Below are positions 59,990 through 64,000 of a stretch of 64,000 bases of DNA, one piece after another. A model generated the notes under the pieces. The model saw nothing but the letters and a program-made list of their open reading frames with translations. It did no database searches and was not told the origin of the DNA. Both the position numbers and the translations under genes were made by a program. The DNA comes from Octopus bimaculoides. Taxonomy: Eukaryota. Position 1 is the stretch's first letter. Each line of letters starts with the position of its first letter. The stretch is from the NCBI RefSeq assembly GCF_001194135.2, contig NC_068981.1, forward strand, positions 152,898,905 to 152,962,904, written 5' to 3'.

Positions 59990-60557
59990 GGATCTTTTTT
60001 AAAACGGGGGCCACATTTTTCATTAATGTTTTACGTAGTGTTTTTGGTACCGAAAGACTTTCAAACTTCGTATACTTATCTATTTTGTGTTATAGAACAG
60101 AAAAATACTTTTGTATTCGAATTTATTTCATGTAAAAAATTGTCTTATTTCGATAATTTCAACCATTCACTGACAAGTATTCAGTTGTTTACATTTACTC
60201 CTTTGGCTGATTAAGCGATGTAAAGCGTATTTAATCTCCATACCTTCGTTTTATTTGCTTTTTTCATTTTAAATTTGCTTTAACCCTAACCCTAACCGTA
60301 GGGTTAGGGTTAGGGTTAATTGTTTCAGAATCGTTTGTTTATGTAGTCGGCACTTAATGTATATCGGCTGAATGGACGTCAGTGATTGGTTGAAATTACA
60401 GAAATACGACAACTTTAACATGGAATAATTTATGGATTTCTGTTTTTTTAAAGAAGACTAAGAGAAAAAGATGTTTTATATGACACATTCTACCAGTGTT
60501 CCAAGTTTCAAAGTGTTTCGTTAATGAAAAATGTGGCCCCCGTTTTAAAAAAGATCC
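59990..60557. mobile_element. MITE with perfect 37-bp TIRs, 8-bp TSD and internal inverted telomeric repeats
   Basis: TIR GGATCTTTTTTAAAACGGGGGCCACATTTTTCATTAA at 59990-60026 and reverse complement at 60521-60557; TSD AAATTTAT at 59982-59989 and 60558-60565. Confidence 0.92.
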
Positions 60558-61059
60558 AAATTTATTCAAAACAGGTTTCCACCTTTTACTTTTAATTTTG
60601 TGTCCAATTTTTCACAGTGACAGTGAACATGTAAATCATCATCATTATCATTTTACACCTATTTTTCCATGCTTGAGTGAAGTTGATGGATCTTCTCCAG
60701 CCCAGCATCTTGTTATAGTCTTCTTTGTGGGCCTTAGCCATGCCTACCTTAGATCTTGCTCTCACACAGGTTCCTTCCATTCAAACACACATACATGCAC
60801 ACACATGTTTCTGCATTTTGTTGATAATCACTCTGATTAAACATCATCACTGTCTTAAAATCAATTTTTCCATGCTTGCATGGATTGGACATTTTATTGA
60901 AGCAGATTTTCTTCAGCCAGGTACCCATTTCTGTCATCAACCCTCACTTGTTTCCAAAGAAGGTAATATTTCTACTTGGTCATAACATGTTTTCACAGAC
61001 TATTGAAAATGAATGACACTGCTTATATGGTAGTGACACTCATTACAACTACCACATGA

Positions 61060-61104
<45 letters not shown>

Positions 61105-61593
61105 TCTTTCAGTTTTTGTCTCTCAGATCCACTCACAAGGTTTTGGTCAGTCTGAACAACAGCAAAAGGCCCTAGTGTCACACAATGGGACTGAACTGGA
61201 CAAATTTCTGAAACTGAACTGAAACAAACTTCTAATCATGTATTAATTATTACTGTCATGTTTTGATGTTTCTTTCTGTATATTGACTTTATCATATCAA
61301 GTTGACCTGGAATCCTGAATGACTTGCTAGATTTTGCCTTTCACCTCCTGAATTCAACAAAATAAGTACTTGTCTGAAAGTACTGGTTTTGATATGACTG
61401 ACTATAACCTTTAAGGGCAGTGACCTAGCATTAGGACACCTTGCTAGGTCACTGAAACCAGTAAAAGAATTAAAGAATAAACAACTTACTTAATTTGAAA
61501 TATTAGAGAGTAATTATAAATATAGATAATGATATGATATTACGTTTTTGGATTTGGTTTGCAAGATTCTTTATGTGAGTTTGTGTGTTGAAG

Positions 61594-61801
61594 CATATTC
61601 TGTTGTGTCTGGGGAGAATCATTTTCCTTTTGTACCTTATAATTTAACACACTCAAGAGTCAAGACTATTGAAAAGGTTGCAAGATGCAATGAAAATTCA
61701 AGGAAAATAAAAATAATGAATAAGTGAAAATTTTACCAGTGAGTGTGTTAAATTATAAGGCACAAAAAGAAAATGACTCTCCCCAGACACAACAGAATAT
61801 G
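61594..61801. repeat. 62-bp inverted repeat (3 mismatches) with 84-bp spacer
   Basis: 61594-61655 vs reverse complement of 61740-61801. Confidence 0.92.
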
Positions 61802-61832
61802 ATATTGACCTTTTTCTTTAGCTTTGACTACA

Positions 61833-62492
61833 CATCATCATCATCATCATCATCATCGTTTAACGTCCGCTTTCCATGCTAGCATGGGTTGGACGATTTG
61901 ACTGAGGACTGGTGAAACCGGATGGCAACACCAGGCTCCAGTCTGATTTGGCAGAGTTTCTACAGCTGGATGCCCTTCCTAACGCCAACCACTCAGAGAG
62001 TGTAGTGGGTGCTTTTACGTGTCACCCGCACGAAAACGGCCACGCTCGAAATGGTGTCTTTTATGTGCCACCCNNNNNNNNNNNNNNNNNNNNNNNNNNN
62101 NNNNNNNNNNNNNNNNNNNNNNNNNNNNNNNNNNNNNNNNNNNNNNNNNNNNNNNNNNNNNNNNNNNNNNNNNNNNNNNNNNNNNNNNNNNNNNNNNNNN
62201 NNNNNNNNNNNNNNNNNNNNNNNNNNNNNNNNNNNNNNNNNNNNNNNNNNNNNNNNNNNNNNNNNNGGTGCATCTCATGTGCCACCCGCACAAGAACCAG
62301 TCCAGGGGCACTGGCAACGATCTTACTTGGCTTGCCGGGTCTTCTCACGCACAGCCCATTTCCAAAGGTCTCGGTCCGTAGTCATCGCCTCGGTGAGGCC
62401 CAATGTACGAAGGTCTTGCCTCACCACCTCAGCCCAGGTCTTCCTGGGCCTACCTCTTCCACGGGTTCCCTCAACTGTTAGGGTGTGGCACT
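61833..62492 (-). mobile_element. young 5'-truncated RTE LINE, antisense in TBC1D13 intron 2
   Basis: (CAT)n at left end; 3' UTR differs from the 14335 and 51403 copies at about 2 sites each over ~205 nt; ORF2 C-terminus intact. Confidence 0.95.
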
Positions 62493-62662
62493 AAATATAA
62501 ATGTAAACACATACATTTTATGGATATATATATATATATATGTACAAATTGCCAACACTTGGGGCTCATGGTCATTGAGTCACTCTGTACATCCTGCTGA
62601 TTATTTGAAATAAAATAAAAATGTTTATGTACACACATACTTTTCTTATAGAAGAGTATATA

Positions 62663-63532
62663 CAGGATGTTTAGGCTAAATTTAACAGTTTGCATAAAAG
62701 AAAAAGAGAACTCAATATCCCATCCAAAAATATAAGTACTTTAAAAAAATTAAAAAATACCAACTTGATTATGGCTGGGAGATTGCAGTTTTCTCAAAGT
62801 TACCCCCCCCTCAGCTTTCACTATGACCTCAAGATGGCTCCAGAACCTGGCTTATGCATTTCTTACTGTGTCCTTGGGAAGATCTTCAAACACATTTTTG
62901 ATCTTGGTCACTAGCTTGGTGTTGGTATTGCTGGCTGGTGTCTTTCGCAACCATGCCCTCACTAAATAATCTATAAGATTACAATGAAGGGAATTGGGAC
63001 GCCAGAAATGGGAGTTGAAGAAGTCATAGAAATTCTTCGACAACCACTTTTGACTCTTTCTGGAGGTGAATCTTGTGGTCGCACATACAGCGTTCCAGCA
63101 GCAACCCTTTCTATCCAGAATTTGACCAGTCTCCAACAACTTCACATAGCTAGCTGAATTGAGCTTAAGGCCCTATTCAAAATGGGGGGAAGGATTCCAG
63201 CATGTGAACTCAGTCAGAATACCTGCTGCATCCCTTCCTGCTGGCCACAGCTTCATAGTCTCTGTTGCAGCTGTCCATGTCTTGCCACCTTTACAGTGTT
63301 CACAAAGCATTAAACAGCAATCATGATGTCAACATTTTGATGCCTGATGTGAATTATTATATGATACAGGTTATTCTTTTCCTATATTCAGATCGTTTCC
63401 AGTCCTCCCTGTCAGCTAACTTTTTCTCATCTATATCTTGAATCATTTTGCTGTCCAATGCCATTGACACTTCAAGCTGTACCTGAAAGAAAAACAGCAT
63501 AAGAAATCATCAAATTTTGACTGAACTCCCTG
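62663..63532 (-). mobile_element. internally deleted Tc1/mariner (DD37D/maT-like) transposon
   Basis: TA|CAGGATGTTTAGGCTAAATTT ... AAATTTTGACTGAACTCCCTG|TA imperfect TIRs; peptides DYEAVASRK, GLKLNSASYVKLLET and TSRKSQKWLSKNFYDFF..FWRPNS..CNLIDY..KIKNVFEDLPKDTVRNA. Confidence 0.82.
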
Positions 63533-63715
63533 TATATGTATGTGCTGGCTCAGTGCCAGAAATTTTTTGAAGGGCGGGCACAAGGTCAGAAGGGAATACA
63601 ATTCCAGGAGAAATGGGCGTAATAACATTATTTAGAAGGGTGCACTTCTTTTCTTGAGGTGGGGCACATGCCCTTCAGGCCCCCCTTGGGTCCACCCTTG
63701 ATGTGTGTGTGTGTA

Positions 63716-64000
63716 CTACAGAGGCATCAAGCTGTTAGATCAGGTTATGAAAGTTACGGAGAGGGTCATAGCCCAACTAATTAGGGAGCGAATCAATTTA
63801 GATGAGATGCAGTTTGGGTTCGTGCCAGGTAAAAGCACCACTGATGCCATATTTCTAGTGAGACAGCTGCAGGAGAAATATCTAGCCAAGGATAAACCTC
63901 TGTACCTGGCCTTCGTTGACATGGAGAAAGCCTTTGACAGGGTCCCCCGATCCCTTATCTGGTGGTCAATGAGGAAACTTGGGATAGAAGAATGGTTAGT
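63716..64000 (+). mobile_element. RTE LINE reverse transcriptase, intact frame to window edge
   Basis: [89 protein letters not shown]. Confidence 0.95.

Noticed and set aside
60280-60319. Telomere-telomere fusion scar
   Set aside because: Only about three units per side, in CCCTAA-then-TTAGGG order, and enclosed by MITE TIRs and a TSD.
56233-64000. TBC1D13 exon 3 (expected GIP...LR...WK)
   Set aside because: No AG-bounded segment encoding it was found; presumed beyond the window.

Overview
AT-rich, repeat-dense animal genomic scaffold with seven N-gaps (9258-9525, 14160-14334, 26359-26438, 38484-38840, 50747-51385, 52768-53355, 62074-62266). The repeat families ((GAT)n-tailed RTE LINEs, tRNA-headed SINEs, Penelope-like elements) suggest an octopod cephalopod; this is inference, with no database check. 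Two host genes lie on the + strand. TBC1D31/WDR67 is reconstructed by hand as 21 GT-AG coding exons from 3360 to the stop at 43138, with phases consistent throughout (926 codons plus stop; the first coding exon is not in the window). TBC1D13 contributes its first two coding exons (54895-54914, 56159-56232). The rest is layered mobile DNA: young and decayed RTE LINEs, a fossil CRE-clade element, CR1-like fragments, two Penelope-like remnants, an internally deleted Tc1/mariner, several MITEs, many SINEs and microsatellites. The most notable observations are a C4HC3 PHD-type finger inside the RTE ORF2, decayed hammerhead-ribozyme-like folds, a perfect-TIR MITE carrying an inverted TTAGGG palindrome, a GIY-YIG remnant with a 108-aa in-frame low-complexity loop, two in-frame RT-deleted RTE copies, and long intronic hairpins. 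All alignments, folds and mismatch counts were made by eye.
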